64,000 bases of DNA from a bacterium. Its GTDB lineage: Bacteria > Pseudomonadota > Alphaproteobacteria > Rhodobacterales > Rhodobacteraceae. A program made the position numbers and the translations under genes. The notes beneath the pieces were generated by a model. That model ran no database searches. It saw only the letters and a list, made by a program, of their open reading frames with translations, and was not told the origin of the DNA. Location of the stretch: positions 16,558-80,557 of the forward strand of contig JBDTQR010000001.1 of NCBI GenBank assembly GCA_039932095.1, read 5' to 3'. This document shows, piece by piece, positions 17,411 to 26,377 of the stretch; the stretch's first letter is position 1; each line of letters opens with the position of its first letter.

Positions 17411-18006
17411 TGGCGCTGAAACTGGAAATCTTCAACACCGAAGAGAAGCCTGCCAAGACCCAGACCGTGGTGCTGGACCGCCTGGCACTTGAGGATGAGA
17501 AACTGGCCTCTTACGACAGCGGCTACCGCGCCGGCTGGGACGACGCCAACGCCGCCCAGACCGATGATCAGACCAGCATGAAAGCCGATCTGGCGCGCAA
17601 TCTGCAGACCCTCGGCTTCACCTATCATGAGGCGCGCACCCATATCCTGAAAGCGATCGAGCCGTTGCTGCTGCAGGTGGTTGGCCGTCTGCTGCCCGAG
17701 ATTGCCCGCGAATCCCTGGCGCCACTGGTGCTGGAAACCCTGATGCCGCTGGCAGAGGGGCTGGGCGATGCCCCGGTCACGCTGGTGGTCAACCCGACCT
17801 CCCGCCCCGCGATTGAGGCTCTGCTCGAGCAGGCGACCGGTCTGCCTGTGACCATCGAGGAAGAGCCGACCCTTGGGGAAGGCCAAGTTTACATCAAACT
17901 GGGCGGTACAGAGACCCAGATCGACCTCGACAAGGCCTCTGCCGACATTGCCGCCGCCGTGCGCGGTTTCTTCGAGCTTCCCGGAAAGGATCGCCCCAAT
18001 GGATAG
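17410..18006 (+). CDS. fliH: FliH-like export protein
   Basis: SYDSGYRAGWDD repeat-like motif; IEEEPTLGEGQV; lies between fliF and fliN. Confidence 0.75.
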   Translation: MALKLEIFNTEEKPAKTQTVVLDRLALEDEKLASYDSGYRAGWDDANAAQTDDQTSMKADLARNLQTLGFTYHEARTHILKAIEPLLLQVVGRLLPEIARESLAPLVLETLMPLAEGLGDAPVTLVVNPTSRPAIEALLEQATGLPVTIEEEPTLGEGQVYIKLGGTETQIDLDKASADIAAAVRGFFELPGKDRPNG

Positions 18007-18268
18007 TGCTTCTGACAACAACCCCTTCGCCCAGGTACCAATCGAGGTCACCATTTCGGTCGGCAAGGCCCGCCCGCTGGTGCGTGACCTGCTGCGGTTG
18101 AGCCGCGATGCCGTCCTGGCGCTCGACCGCCGCGTCGATGACCCGGTGGAGCTTTATGTCGGCGACCGGCTGATCGCGCGCGGCGAACTGGAAGAGCTTG
18201 AGGGCGAGCAGGCCGGTCAGCTCGCTGTCCGCCTGACCGAGGTGGCCAATCTGCGGGGTGGGTTGTGA
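17999..18268 (+). CDS. fliN: C-ring protein FliN
   Basis: VPIEVTISVGKA, VELYVGDRLIARGE (SpoA domain); ATG at 17999. Confidence 0.92.
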   Translation: MDSASDNNPFAQVPIEVTISVGKARPLVRDLLRLSRDAVLALDRRVDDPVELYVGDRLIARGELEELEGEQAGQLAVRLTEVANLRGGL

Positions 18269-18984
18269 GGCGGATTGCCCTTGTCGCCCTGACCCTGTGC
18301 CTGACCGCGCCTGCCGCCCTGGCGCAATCGCAGTCAGTCGATTTTGGCAATGACGGCTCGCTCGCCACCAGATCGGTCGAGATTCTCGCTCTCGTCACAC
18401 TGCTCAGCATTGTGCCGGGGCTGGCCGTCATGGTGACCTGTTTCCCGTTCATCGTGACCGTGCTGTCGATCCTGCGGCAGGCGCTTGGCCTGCAACAGTC
18501 GCCACCGAACATGGTGATCGTCAGCCTCGCGCTGTTCCTGACCTGGTTCGTGATGGACCCGGTGTTCACGCAGGTCTGGCTGCAGGGCGTCCAGCCGTTG
18601 ACCGATGGCAAGATTGATGTCCAACAGGCCATCCCCTTGATCCTGAGCCCATTCCGCGGCTTCATGGTCGCCCGCACCAGTCCGGAGACTTTCGCTCACT
18701 TGCAGGCCCTGCGGCCGGGCAGCGCCGGTGCCGCCATGAACGCGCCGCTGTCGCTGCTGGTGCCGTCCTTCATGCTGTCAGAGATTTCCCGGGCCTTTGA
18801 GATTGGTTTTCTGATCTATCTGCCGTTTCTGATCATCGACCTGGTCACCGCCGCGATCCTGATGTCGATGGGGATGATGATGGTGCCACCCGCCGTGGTG
18901 TCGCTGCCGTTCAAGCTGGCGTTCTTTGTTGTCGCCGATGGCTGGACGCTGATTTCGGGCGCGCTGGTCCGCAGCTATTCCTGA
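18265..18984 (+). CDS. fliP: Export gate protein FliP
   Basis: LGLQQSPPN, LVPSFMLSEISRAFEIGF and MGMMMVPP. Confidence 0.97.
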   Translation: MRRIALVALTLCLTAPAALAQSQSVDFGNDGSLATRSVEILALVTLLSIVPGLAVMVTCFPFIVTVLSILRQALGLQQSPPNMVIVSLALFLTWFVMDPVFTQVWLQGVQPLTDGKIDVQQAIPLILSPFRGFMVARTSPETFAHLQALRPGSAGAAMNAPLSLLVPSFMLSEISRAFEIGFLIYLPFLIIDLVTAAILMSMGMMMVPPAVVSLPFKLAFFVVADGWTLISGALVRSYS

Positions 18985-18993
18985 AAACCGGCT

Positions 18994-20106
18994 CTAATTC
19001 ACCACAAACTCGGCATGCAGAGCCCCCGCCGCATTGATGCTTTTCAGGATGTCGATCATGTCATGCGGTGCCACACCCAGCGCATTCAGACCTGCCACCA
19101 CCTGAGACAGATTTGTGCTGCCCTTGATCTCGGCCAGCCCGGTCCCGGGCGCGTTCTGAATGTCGACCGTTGAGCGCGGAACCACCAAGGTTTCCCCTTC
19201 GGCAAACGGATTGGGCTGCACCACCATCGGCGCCTCATCAATCCGAAGCGTCAGATTGCCCTGGGCGATGGCCACCCGGCTAATCCGGACATCCTCATCC
19301 ATCACGATGGTGCCGCTGCGCTGATCGACCACCACACGGGCCCGGCTTTCCGGCTCGACCTCGAGGTTTTCCAGCTTGGCGATGACGTGGGCCGGCGATT
19401 TGATCTGGGTGGCGTCAATGTCCAGCATCACCGTCCCCGAATCCTCCATTTGTGCAACACGGCGGCCGAAAGCCTGGTTGATCACCGACTCGATGCGCTG
19501 GGCCGTGGTGAAATCCGGCGATCGCAAAGCCAGACGGATCGAATGCAACTGCGTGAAGTCGAATTGCACCTCGCGCTCAACATGCGCGCCCGACGGGATC
19601 ACCCCCGCCGTCGGCACGCCCTGCACCACTTTTGCGGCCTGACCCTCCGCCGAAATGCCGCCTGCAATAATCGCCCCCTGCGCAACCGCGTAGATCTCGC
19701 CATCGGCGCCGTTCAGCGGCGTCATGATCAACGTGCCGCCCAACAGGCTCTTGGCGTCGCCGATCGCCGAGACCGTCACATCAATCCGCCCGCCAGCCCG
19801 CGAAAATGGCGGCAGCGCTGCCGTCACGAACACCGCCGCGACGTTCTTGGGCTGAAACTGCTCACCCGAGACATTGACACCCAGCCGCTCCAGCAGGTTC
19901 GACATGATCTCTTCGGTGAAGGGAGAATTGCGCAAACCGTCGCCGGTGCCGTTCAACCCGACGACCAGCCCGTAACCCACCAGATCATTGGCGCGCACCC
20001 CGTCGAATTCGACCAGATCCTTGATGCGGATCGGACTGGCCCACACCGGCGTGAATATCCCGACTCCAAGGGCGATCAGGCAGGCGGTCAGGCAGAGTTT
20101 TCTCAC
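18994..20106 (-). CDS. flgI: P-ring protein FlgI
   Basis: RIKDL, NDLVGYGLVVGLNGTGD and AGALHAE. Confidence 0.97.
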   Translation of the reverse strand: MRKLCLTACLIALGVGIFTPVWASPIRIKDLVEFDGVRANDLVGYGLVVGLNGTGDGLRNSPFTEEIMSNLLERLGVNVSGEQFQPKNVAAVFVTAALPPFSRAGGRIDVTVSAIGDAKSLLGGTLIMTPLNGADGEIYAVAQGAIIAGGISAEGQAAKVVQGVPTAGVIPSGAHVEREVQFDFTQLHSIRLALRSPDFTTAQRIESVINQAFGRRVAQMEDSGTVMLDIDATQIKSPAHVIAKLENLEVEPESRARVVVDQRSGTIVMDEDVRISRVAIAQGNLTLRIDEAPMVVQPNPFAEGETLVVPRSTVDIQNAPGTGLAEIKGSTNLSQVVAGLNALGVAPHDMIDILKSINAAGALHAEFVVN

Positions 20107-21104
20107 AGGAAATTCACCAGGCTCAGGCGCGACATTCGCGCGGTTATCGAATACAGGGTTTCCAGCTGGGTCTGCGCCTCTTGCAGCTTGGTAGCGGTTT
20201 CATAGGGATCGACCGCGATCAGACCCAGACGGGCGGTTTCCAGCGCCGATTTCTCGGCATCATTGCGCACCCCGGCATTGGTGATCGCCGCTTCGGTCGT
20301 GCCAAGCCGTGCCGTCAGTTCGGCGAACGGCATCTGGGCGCTGGCCAGATGTTCGCCGGCCCGTTTGGCCAGATCGGCGCGGGCGACATCGCTGCCGGCC
20401 AGCACGCCGCGCTGCAGCAGGCTGGCCATCGCCAGACCCTTCAACATGTTGACAATCGCCGGGTCCAGCGCCGTCACGTCCAGCTGCGCCTTCTGGTCCG
20501 GCGACACGGCGACCGGGGCCAAGGCTGCCCCGCCTTGATACACGGTCGCCGCGAATCCCAAAGGATCGTCGAACCAGGCGTTCACCGCCGTTTCGACGTC
20601 GAGCGATGACAGCGAACCCGCGACCGCGCCATCCAGCGCGGTCATCATGGTTTCAGTGTCTGCGACGGCGGAATGGTTGGTCGCGACCCCGGCAAACAGC
20701 GAATGTTCGCCCATCCGGCTGTTCAGGTTCGACATCGCCGCCTGCAGTTTCTGCGCTGCGTCAAATCCCACGGTGTCGACCCGGTTCGGCGAACTGCCGG
20801 AAGCCGCGGCCAGCAGCGACGCACTCAGCGTCGATCCACTGTCAGAAATCTGGTTGAGCGCCAACTGCATCTGTCCGGCAAAGATCGCGGTTTCGGTGGT
20901 CACGGCATGATAGGCGTCCAGCTGCGTCAGGCTGGCCTCGATCCCGGCAAGCGGCAGATAGTCGCCTCTCACCCGCTGGGTCGTGTCGACCGTCAGACCG
21001 GTGACCGCCTCGGACGACAGGTTCTGGATCGCGTCCTTCAGCGTCGCATTGCGGCGGCTGAGGATCAGGGATTGGGCCATGTCACCGACGGAGATGTGCG
21101 TCAT
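20103..21104 (-). CDS. flgL: Hook-associated protein FlgL
   Basis: C-terminal VDPYETATKL...RLSLVNFL; follows flgK. Confidence 0.88.
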   Translation of the reverse strand: MTHISVGDMAQSLILSRRNATLKDAIQNLSSEAVTGLTVDTTQRVRGDYLPLAGIEASLTQLDAYHAVTTETAIFAGQMQLALNQISDSGSTLSASLLAAASGSSPNRVDTVGFDAAQKLQAAMSNLNSRMGEHSLFAGVATNHSAVADTETMMTALDGAVAGSLSSLDVETAVNAWFDDPLGFAATVYQGGAALAPVAVSPDQKAQLDVTALDPAIVNMLKGLAMASLLQRGVLAGSDVARADLAKRAGEHLASAQMPFAELTARLGTTEAAITNAGVRNDAEKSALETARLGLIAVDPYETATKLQEAQTQLETLYSITARMSRLSLVNFL

Positions 21105-21105
21105 G

Positions 21106-22560
21106 TCAGATATCCAGCAGGGTCTGGATCATGTCCTGGACTGTTTTGATGACCTTGGCGTTGGCGGCATAGGCCTTTTCGACCTGCAACAGCGACTGCA
21201 TCTCCTGATCGGTATCCACTCCCGACTCTGCCTCCATCAACACAAAGCTATCCAGTTTGGTCTTGTGGTAAGCGGCGTCGCCGTCGGCTTGCAGATGGCT
21301 GGTCGCGGCCGAGGACAGCAGGTCACTGGCAAAGCCGGAAAAGCTGCGCTCACCGGCCATGAAGCCGCCGGTCGCCGGGTCGCGCGGGGCGTTCAAGGCG
21401 GCCTTCAGGCTGGTCAGCAGGCTGCTGTCGCCCACTGGGCCGGCGGCGGGCGCACCGAGCCCATCGCGCAGCCGCCACAGTGCACCGCCTTGATCTGGAT
21501 CCGCGGCGGCGTTGATTTTCAGCCGCTGCGACAGCCCGACCTCATTCAACGGGTCGAAGGCGGCGCCGGCATCGCTAAACAGACCCGGATCACCGGGGGC
21601 GCGGCTGGCATCGAGGGCGGGGTCGGCAAAACGTTCCACCAGATCGCGCGCCACCGCGTCGATCTGGGTCTGCGCCGCGACCCCAAGCTCATCACGTACT
21701 GCGAAATTGGCACCCAATGTGCCGCCGAGGATCATCGAATGCGACCCTGCGGTCGCAATCGGGTAGCCGTTCAGGGTCAATCCCGCCAGCCCGGCACCCA
21801 GCGTCAGACTGGGGGTGACCGTCGTCCCGCCGCTGAAGCCAAAGACCGCCGCCACGCCGTCGAGCAGCACGGCACCATTTGGTGTGTATAGCGCGACCGA
21901 GCCGTCATTCTGCTGAATTTCCCGCACCGGCACGATTTTCGAAATCTGGTCGATCAATTGTTGACGCTGATCCTGCAGTGCCGCGGTGTCCTGACCCAGA
22001 CCAAAGTTGCGCCGGATCTGGACGTTCAGTTTGACCGTGCGTTCCAGCGCCGAATTCAGCTGGTTCACTTCCGTCGCAATCTCGGTGTTGGCAACCTGCC
22101 GCGCCGACTGCACGTCCTTGGAGGCAGCGCCAAGCTGGGCTGCCAGTGCCTTGGCACTGCTGAGCACGTTGGTCAGCCGGGGTTCGGATTCGGGATGCGA
22201 GGTGGCCTCGGTCAAGGCGGCATCGAAGGCCGCCACCCTGCCGTTGATCGAAAATGCCTTATCCGGGGTGCCCAGCGTCGTCTCGAACCTCTGGAAGAAC
22301 GCCGCTCTGGCATCGGCGTCGCCGGATGACGCCTGGGCCAGTCTGCGATCGCCGAGCAGTGGCAGGTTGACATTGCGGTAGACGCCGACCACCTGCACGC
22401 CCTGCCCCGAGGAGCCGACCACGCGCGAGCCAAGCTGCAATTCGCGGCGGGCGTATCCCGGCGTCGTGGCATTGGCGATGTTGGACGACACCAGTTCCGC
22501 CGCCTTGGCCGAAGCCGTCAGGCCGGACAACGCGCTTGCAAGGGTGCCGCCAATGCTCAT
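21106..22560 (-). CDS. flgK: Hook-associated protein FlgK
   Basis: SSNIANATTPGYARR and SGVDTDQEMQSLL..EKAYAANAKVI. Confidence 0.95.
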   Translation of the reverse strand: MSIGGTLASALSGLTASAKAAELVSSNIANATTPGYARRELQLGSRVVGSSGQGVQVVGVYRNVNLPLLGDRRLAQASSGDADARAAFFQRFETTLGTPDKAFSINGRVAAFDAALTEATSHPESEPRLTNVLSSAKALAAQLGAASKDVQSARQVANTEIATEVNQLNSALERTVKLNVQIRRNFGLGQDTAALQDQRQQLIDQISKIVPVREIQQNDGSVALYTPNGAVLLDGVAAVFGFSGGTTVTPSLTLGAGLAGLTLNGYPIATAGSHSMILGGTLGANFAVRDELGVAAQTQIDAVARDLVERFADPALDASRAPGDPGLFSDAGAAFDPLNEVGLSQRLKINAAADPDQGGALWRLRDGLGAPAAGPVGDSSLLTSLKAALNAPRDPATGGFMAGERSFSGFASDLLSSAATSHLQADGDAAYHKTKLDSFVLMEAESGVDTDQEMQSLLQVEKAYAANAKVIKTVQDMIQTLLDI

Positions 22561-22575
22561 TTACCCCTCCTGTCC

Positions 22576-23877
22576 TTATCGCTTCAAGTTCGTGGTTTCT
22601 TGCAGCATCTCATCGACTGTCTGGATCACCTTCACATTTGACGAATAGGCGCGCTGGGTGGTGATCAACGAGGTCAGCTCTTGCGTGACATCGGTGGTCG
22701 ATTGTTCCTGCGAAAAGCCGATCAGCTTGCCGGTCGGGCCGTCGCCAGAGTCCCACAGGTAGAACGCGCCGGAATCCTGCGAAATGTGGTAGGTCTGGTT
22801 GCTTGAAGACTCGAGCCCATTCGGGTTCGGCACGTCGACGACCGGAATTTGATAGATGACCTTGGCAAAGCCCTGATCGTAGTTGGCGTGCAGCAGGCCA
22901 TTGTCGTCAATCTCTACCGAAACCAGCCGCGCCACCGGGGTCCCGTTTGAGGCTTTGCCAATGGGTGCAAAGCTTTCGGACAGTTGGGTCAGACCGCCGG
23001 TTGCACCGATCTGGCCGATGTCCAGCGCAATGCTGCCACCGCCCACCGACAACGGTATGGTGCCGGTGACGGGGTCATAATCATTGCCAGACAAGGTCGA
23101 CACCGAGGCCAGTGTGCCGCCCTGGCTTTGCGTGTTGTCAAAGGTGACGGTGTATTCGGCGATGTCGGCACCATCTGAACCGCTGTCAGAGATCACCATA
23201 TTCCAGGTATTCGAGGATCCCGCGACAGGAACATTGGGCGTGAAAATATAGTGCAGCGATTCCTGCGTACCGAGGTTGCCGGTGTATTGGAGCGACATTT
23301 CAAACGGAATGCCGTCACCGTCGGACTGTGTCGCGGTTGCCGGAAGATTGGCCCCCAGCTTCATCGCGCTGGTGGGGTTGGCAACATATTGATTCTGGTT
23401 CAGTTTGACCGGGATCAGGGCCGACATGCTGTCACGCGGGAAGTTGCCGAGTGAGCCATCCGGATTTGCCGGCCAGCCCATCAGAACCTGTCCGGTCGCA
23501 TTGCGCAGGACGCCGTCTGCATCGGCCTTGAAAGACCCTGTCGTGGTCAGCGAGATTGGAAAACTGTCGCCGCGGTGCACCGCATCAATTGTGGTTACTG
23601 CCAGAAATCCGCGACCATCCACCGCCAGATCGGTGGAGTTATTGGTGCCGATTAGCGGCCCACGTTCGTCGACCAAGCGCAGCGATGTCGAGCGGACGCC
23701 GCCCGCAGAATAGCTGGATTCGGAATTTCCGTGGACCACAACCGAATAGAAGTCCGTTTGAACCCGCTTGTAGCCGTAGGTGGAGGAGTTCGCGATATTG
23801 TCAGATATAGTCGCCAGCCTGTTCGCGTTCGCGTTCAAACCCGCAACCCCCGCATACAGCGAAGAGGATATTGTCAT
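22576..23877 (-). CDS. flgE: Hook protein FlgE
   Basis: ISDNIANSSTYGYK, DLAVDGRGF and TQRAYSSNVKVI. Confidence 0.95.
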   Translation of the reverse strand: MTISSSLYAGVAGLNANANRLATISDNIANSSTYGYKRVQTDFYSVVVHGNSESSYSAGGVRSTSLRLVDERGPLIGTNNSTDLAVDGRGFLAVTTIDAVHRGDSFPISLTTTGSFKADADGVLRNATGQVLMGWPANPDGSLGNFPRDSMSALIPVKLNQNQYVANPTSAMKLGANLPATATQSDGDGIPFEMSLQYTGNLGTQESLHYIFTPNVPVAGSSNTWNMVISDSGSDGADIAEYTVTFDNTQSQGGTLASVSTLSGNDYDPVTGTIPLSVGGGSIALDIGQIGATGGLTQLSESFAPIGKASNGTPVARLVSVEIDDNGLLHANYDQGFAKVIYQIPVVDVPNPNGLESSSNQTYHISQDSGAFYLWDSGDGPTGKLIGFSQEQSTTDVTQELTSLITTQRAYSSNVKVIQTVDEMLQETTNLKR

Positions 23878-23931
23878 CGATGGCGCCTTTCTGCAGCTCG
23901 ACTAATGTGCGGTCAACCTGCATCCCGGGCC

Positions 23932-23947
23932 TTAAGATCAGGCTAAC
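23932..23947. promoter_or_regulatory. CtrA box upstream of flgE
   Basis: TTAA-GATCAGG-CTAAC, one mismatch. Confidence 0.72.
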
Positions 23948-23968
23948 AGCTAAAATCCACAGGGTTAT

Positions 23969-24811
23969 CTAACGGTCTTTTCGCAGCAACACGATTTCCA
24001 CCCGATTATTGCGCGCAGCAGCCGGATCGGCGGTGACAGGTTTGCGGTCGGCATGGCCGCTGACCCGCGCGATCCGGTCGTCGGGGGTGCCGGCCTGCTC
24101 CAGCAGCGCCCGAACCACCTGGGCCCGCGAGGCTGACAGATCCCAGGTCGGGTTGTCGATCAGCATCACCGGATAGGAATGGACATAGCCGTCGACAGCA
24201 ATGCGGTTCTTGGCGATCGCGATCACATCGGACACCAATGCCGTGATATCCTTCAATGACTGGTTTGGATTGACTGTGTCCGCTTCGAACAGTGGTGCCT
24301 GATCAAGATCGAAAATCTCGATGACCAGACCCTCATCGGTCACCTTGGTCACGACATGGCTCAACAGCGACTGCATGGTCATGCTCTCGCCACCCCTGCC
24401 CTCCAGCGCCGATTGCAGTTTCTTCAGTTCGGAATCCTCGGCACCGTTGGCGTCACCCTCGGTCGAACCGGAAGTGCCGCCCGACTCCTGGGCCTTGCCG
24501 GGCGTCGCCGCCGACATGCCGGTGCCGTTATGGGCAAAGGTCGCGTCGGTAAAGATCGACTCGCCGCCAAACGCGCCATCGCCGCCGCCAGACACCCGAT
24601 TGATCGGAATCGTCGGATTGAAATAATCCGCGATGCCCTTGCGTTGCTTTTCCGTCGTCGCGCCCAACAACCACATCAGCATGAAGAAGGCCATCATGGC
24701 CGTCACGAAATCCGCGTACGCAACCTTCCACGCCCCACCGTGGTGTCCGCCGCCGCTGATAACTTTCTTCCGCTTGATGATGATTGGCGCGGCATTTGAC
24801 TGCCCTGCCAT
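23969..24811 (-). CDS. motB: Stator protein MotB
   Basis: GAWKVAYADFVTAMMAFF with the conserved Asp; C-terminal OmpA-like domain (RNNRVEI). Confidence 0.97.
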   Translation of the reverse strand: MAGQSNAAPIIIKRKKVISGGGHHGGAWKVAYADFVTAMMAFFMLMWLLGATTEKQRKGIADYFNPTIPINRVSGGGDGAFGGESIFTDATFAHNGTGMSAATPGKAQESGGTSGSTEGDANGAEDSELKKLQSALEGRGGESMTMQSLLSHVVTKVTDEGLVIEIFDLDQAPLFEADTVNPNQSLKDITALVSDVIAIAKNRIAVDGYVHSYPVMLIDNPTWDLSASRAQVVRALLEQAGTPDDRIARVSGHADRKPVTADPAAARNNRVEIVLLRKDR

Positions 24812-24856
24812 TCCCTCACCCCATAGTCACCCGACGCCAGTTATAGCGCATCGCCG

Positions 24857-24872
24857 TGAACGGGGGGTTAAC
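24857..24872. promoter_or_regulatory. CtrA box upstream of motB
   Basis: TGAA-CGGGGGG-TTAAC, one mismatch. Confidence 0.65.
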
Positions 24873-24890
24873 CGGCGGCTTTTTAAGGGC

Positions 24891-25808
24891 TTACGCCGCC
24901 AGGTTTGGCGCCCGTACCAGCCGGGCCACCGTATGGATGCCGATGGAATCGTAATCCGCCATGAACTGGCTGGTCGCCATCCGCGTCAGCCAGTAGTCAA
25001 GCTTCAGCGGCAGCGACTGCATCAACTGACGCGGCGCCAGAGCCCGGGCAACCGGCCGTGTCGTCATCAGATCGGCAAATTCCTGCGTCGAAAGCGCGCC
25101 CTTGCCGATCACCAGTACCTCATAGCGCTGAAAAGCCTGATTGACGGCGAACAGCCCCAGATCGGGAAACCGAACCATGATCCGCTCGATCGACCGCAGG
25201 TCTAGCCCGCACGCAACCGCGTCGCCAAATCCGCCGGCCTCGCAGCCCAACAGCCGCAGATAGTCCTTAACAGCGGTAAAATTGGCCTGGTCCAATTCGG
25301 TCTCGGCAAACAGATCATACTGCGCGGCCTGATGTTCGGACAACGAGGCAAATACGCCCGGCAACTGCCGCAACGCCGACCACAGCCACTCGGCCCGGGC
25401 CAGCGACAGCGCCGGCACAACCAGACCTTGCGGCCCGCCAAAGGACTGCACGGTCAACTGCTCCAGCCCCATCATCTTTTGCAGGGTGGCAATCAGCTTG
25501 GGGGCGTATTTGGCCTTGGCCAGCCGGACCGACACGTCACAATACTCATCCGGCGGCATCGCATCGACCGGCTGGATCGCAACCCGCAGGCCAAGGGCGG
25601 CCAACAGCGGCAGAGCCTCACGCGCCTGCGACGTAGCCAGACGCGGGATCAACAGGCCGTAGCCCTGTTCCAGCACGTTCTCGGCGTACTGCAGATCCAG
25701 ACCAAATCTTTCCGCCAGCATGGCCGCCGCCAGTCCGGCATTTCCGGATGCAGCGAGCAGGGAAAGCTGAACGTCTTCCTCAACCAGTTGCGACAGTGCC
25801 ATGTCCAT
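24891..25808 (-). CDS. Hypothetical protein with four ~65-80 aa internal repeats
   Basis: 305-aa ORF filling the gap, plausible RBS; repeats seen by eye. Confidence 0.75.
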   Translation of the reverse strand: MDMALSQLVEEDVQLSLLAASGNAGLAAAMLAERFGLDLQYAENVLEQGYGLLIPRLATSQAREALPLLAALGLRVAIQPVDAMPPDEYCDVSVRLAKAKYAPKLIATLQKMMGLEQLTVQSFGGPQGLVVPALSLARAEWLWSALRQLPGVFASLSEHQAAQYDLFAETELDQANFTAVKDYLRLLGCEAGGFGDAVACGLDLRSIERIMVRFPDLGLFAVNQAFQRYEVLVIGKGALSTQEFADLMTTRPVARALAPRQLMQSLPLKLDYWLTRMATSQFMADYDSIGIHTVARLVRAPNLAA

Positions 25809-25987
25809 ACCCTCTGTTGATCTGGCCCTGAACTACGAGCCTATTATTATGATCGTATCGTGACGAATCTGGTCTTTTTTGCAGCGTGAAGCCAATATAG
25901 GTGCCGATTTCGTGATTCCAGAGGGGAATAAAAAACATTTTGAACACTTGAATTGCGTGTCGGACGGACAGGCCCCCTTAAATCCGC

Positions 25988-26302
25988 TCAGGGCTTGGGC
26001 ACATGCAAAATGATTCCATCCAGCGCCGCAGACATCGCCAACTGGCACGACAGACGGGAGGTTGCCGTCCGCTCTGCCTCGGTTTCATCCAGCATGCCAT
26101 CCTCGAACTTGCTAGGCCCGCCCGCCGCTGCGGTCCAATCCGGGTCCACGACGACATGGCAGGTGGCGCAGATCATGGACCCGCCGCATTCACCGATCAC
26201 ATAGGGTACATTGTTGGACACCGCCGCCTCCATCAGGGTGCGACCGGGTTTGACCTCGGCTGTGATCTGCTTGCCGTCCGGCAATATCCAGGTGGCTTTC
26301 AT
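25988..26302 (-). CDS. 2Fe-2S ferredoxin (adrenodoxin/putidaredoxin type)
   Basis: ECGGSMICATCHV and SRLSCQ; start taken at MKATWI. Confidence 0.93.
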   Translation of the reverse strand: MKATWILPDGKQITAEVKPGRTLMEAAVSNNVPYVIGECGGSMICATCHVVVDPDWTAAAGGPSKFEDGMLDETEAERTATSRLSCQLAMSAALDGIILHVPKP

Positions 26303-26377
26303 CGTCGTGATCCCTTGCTGTTCCATGCTCGGGCAACTTGTGCCACAGCCCGGCACTGCCGCCGCTTCACAAGCCCG

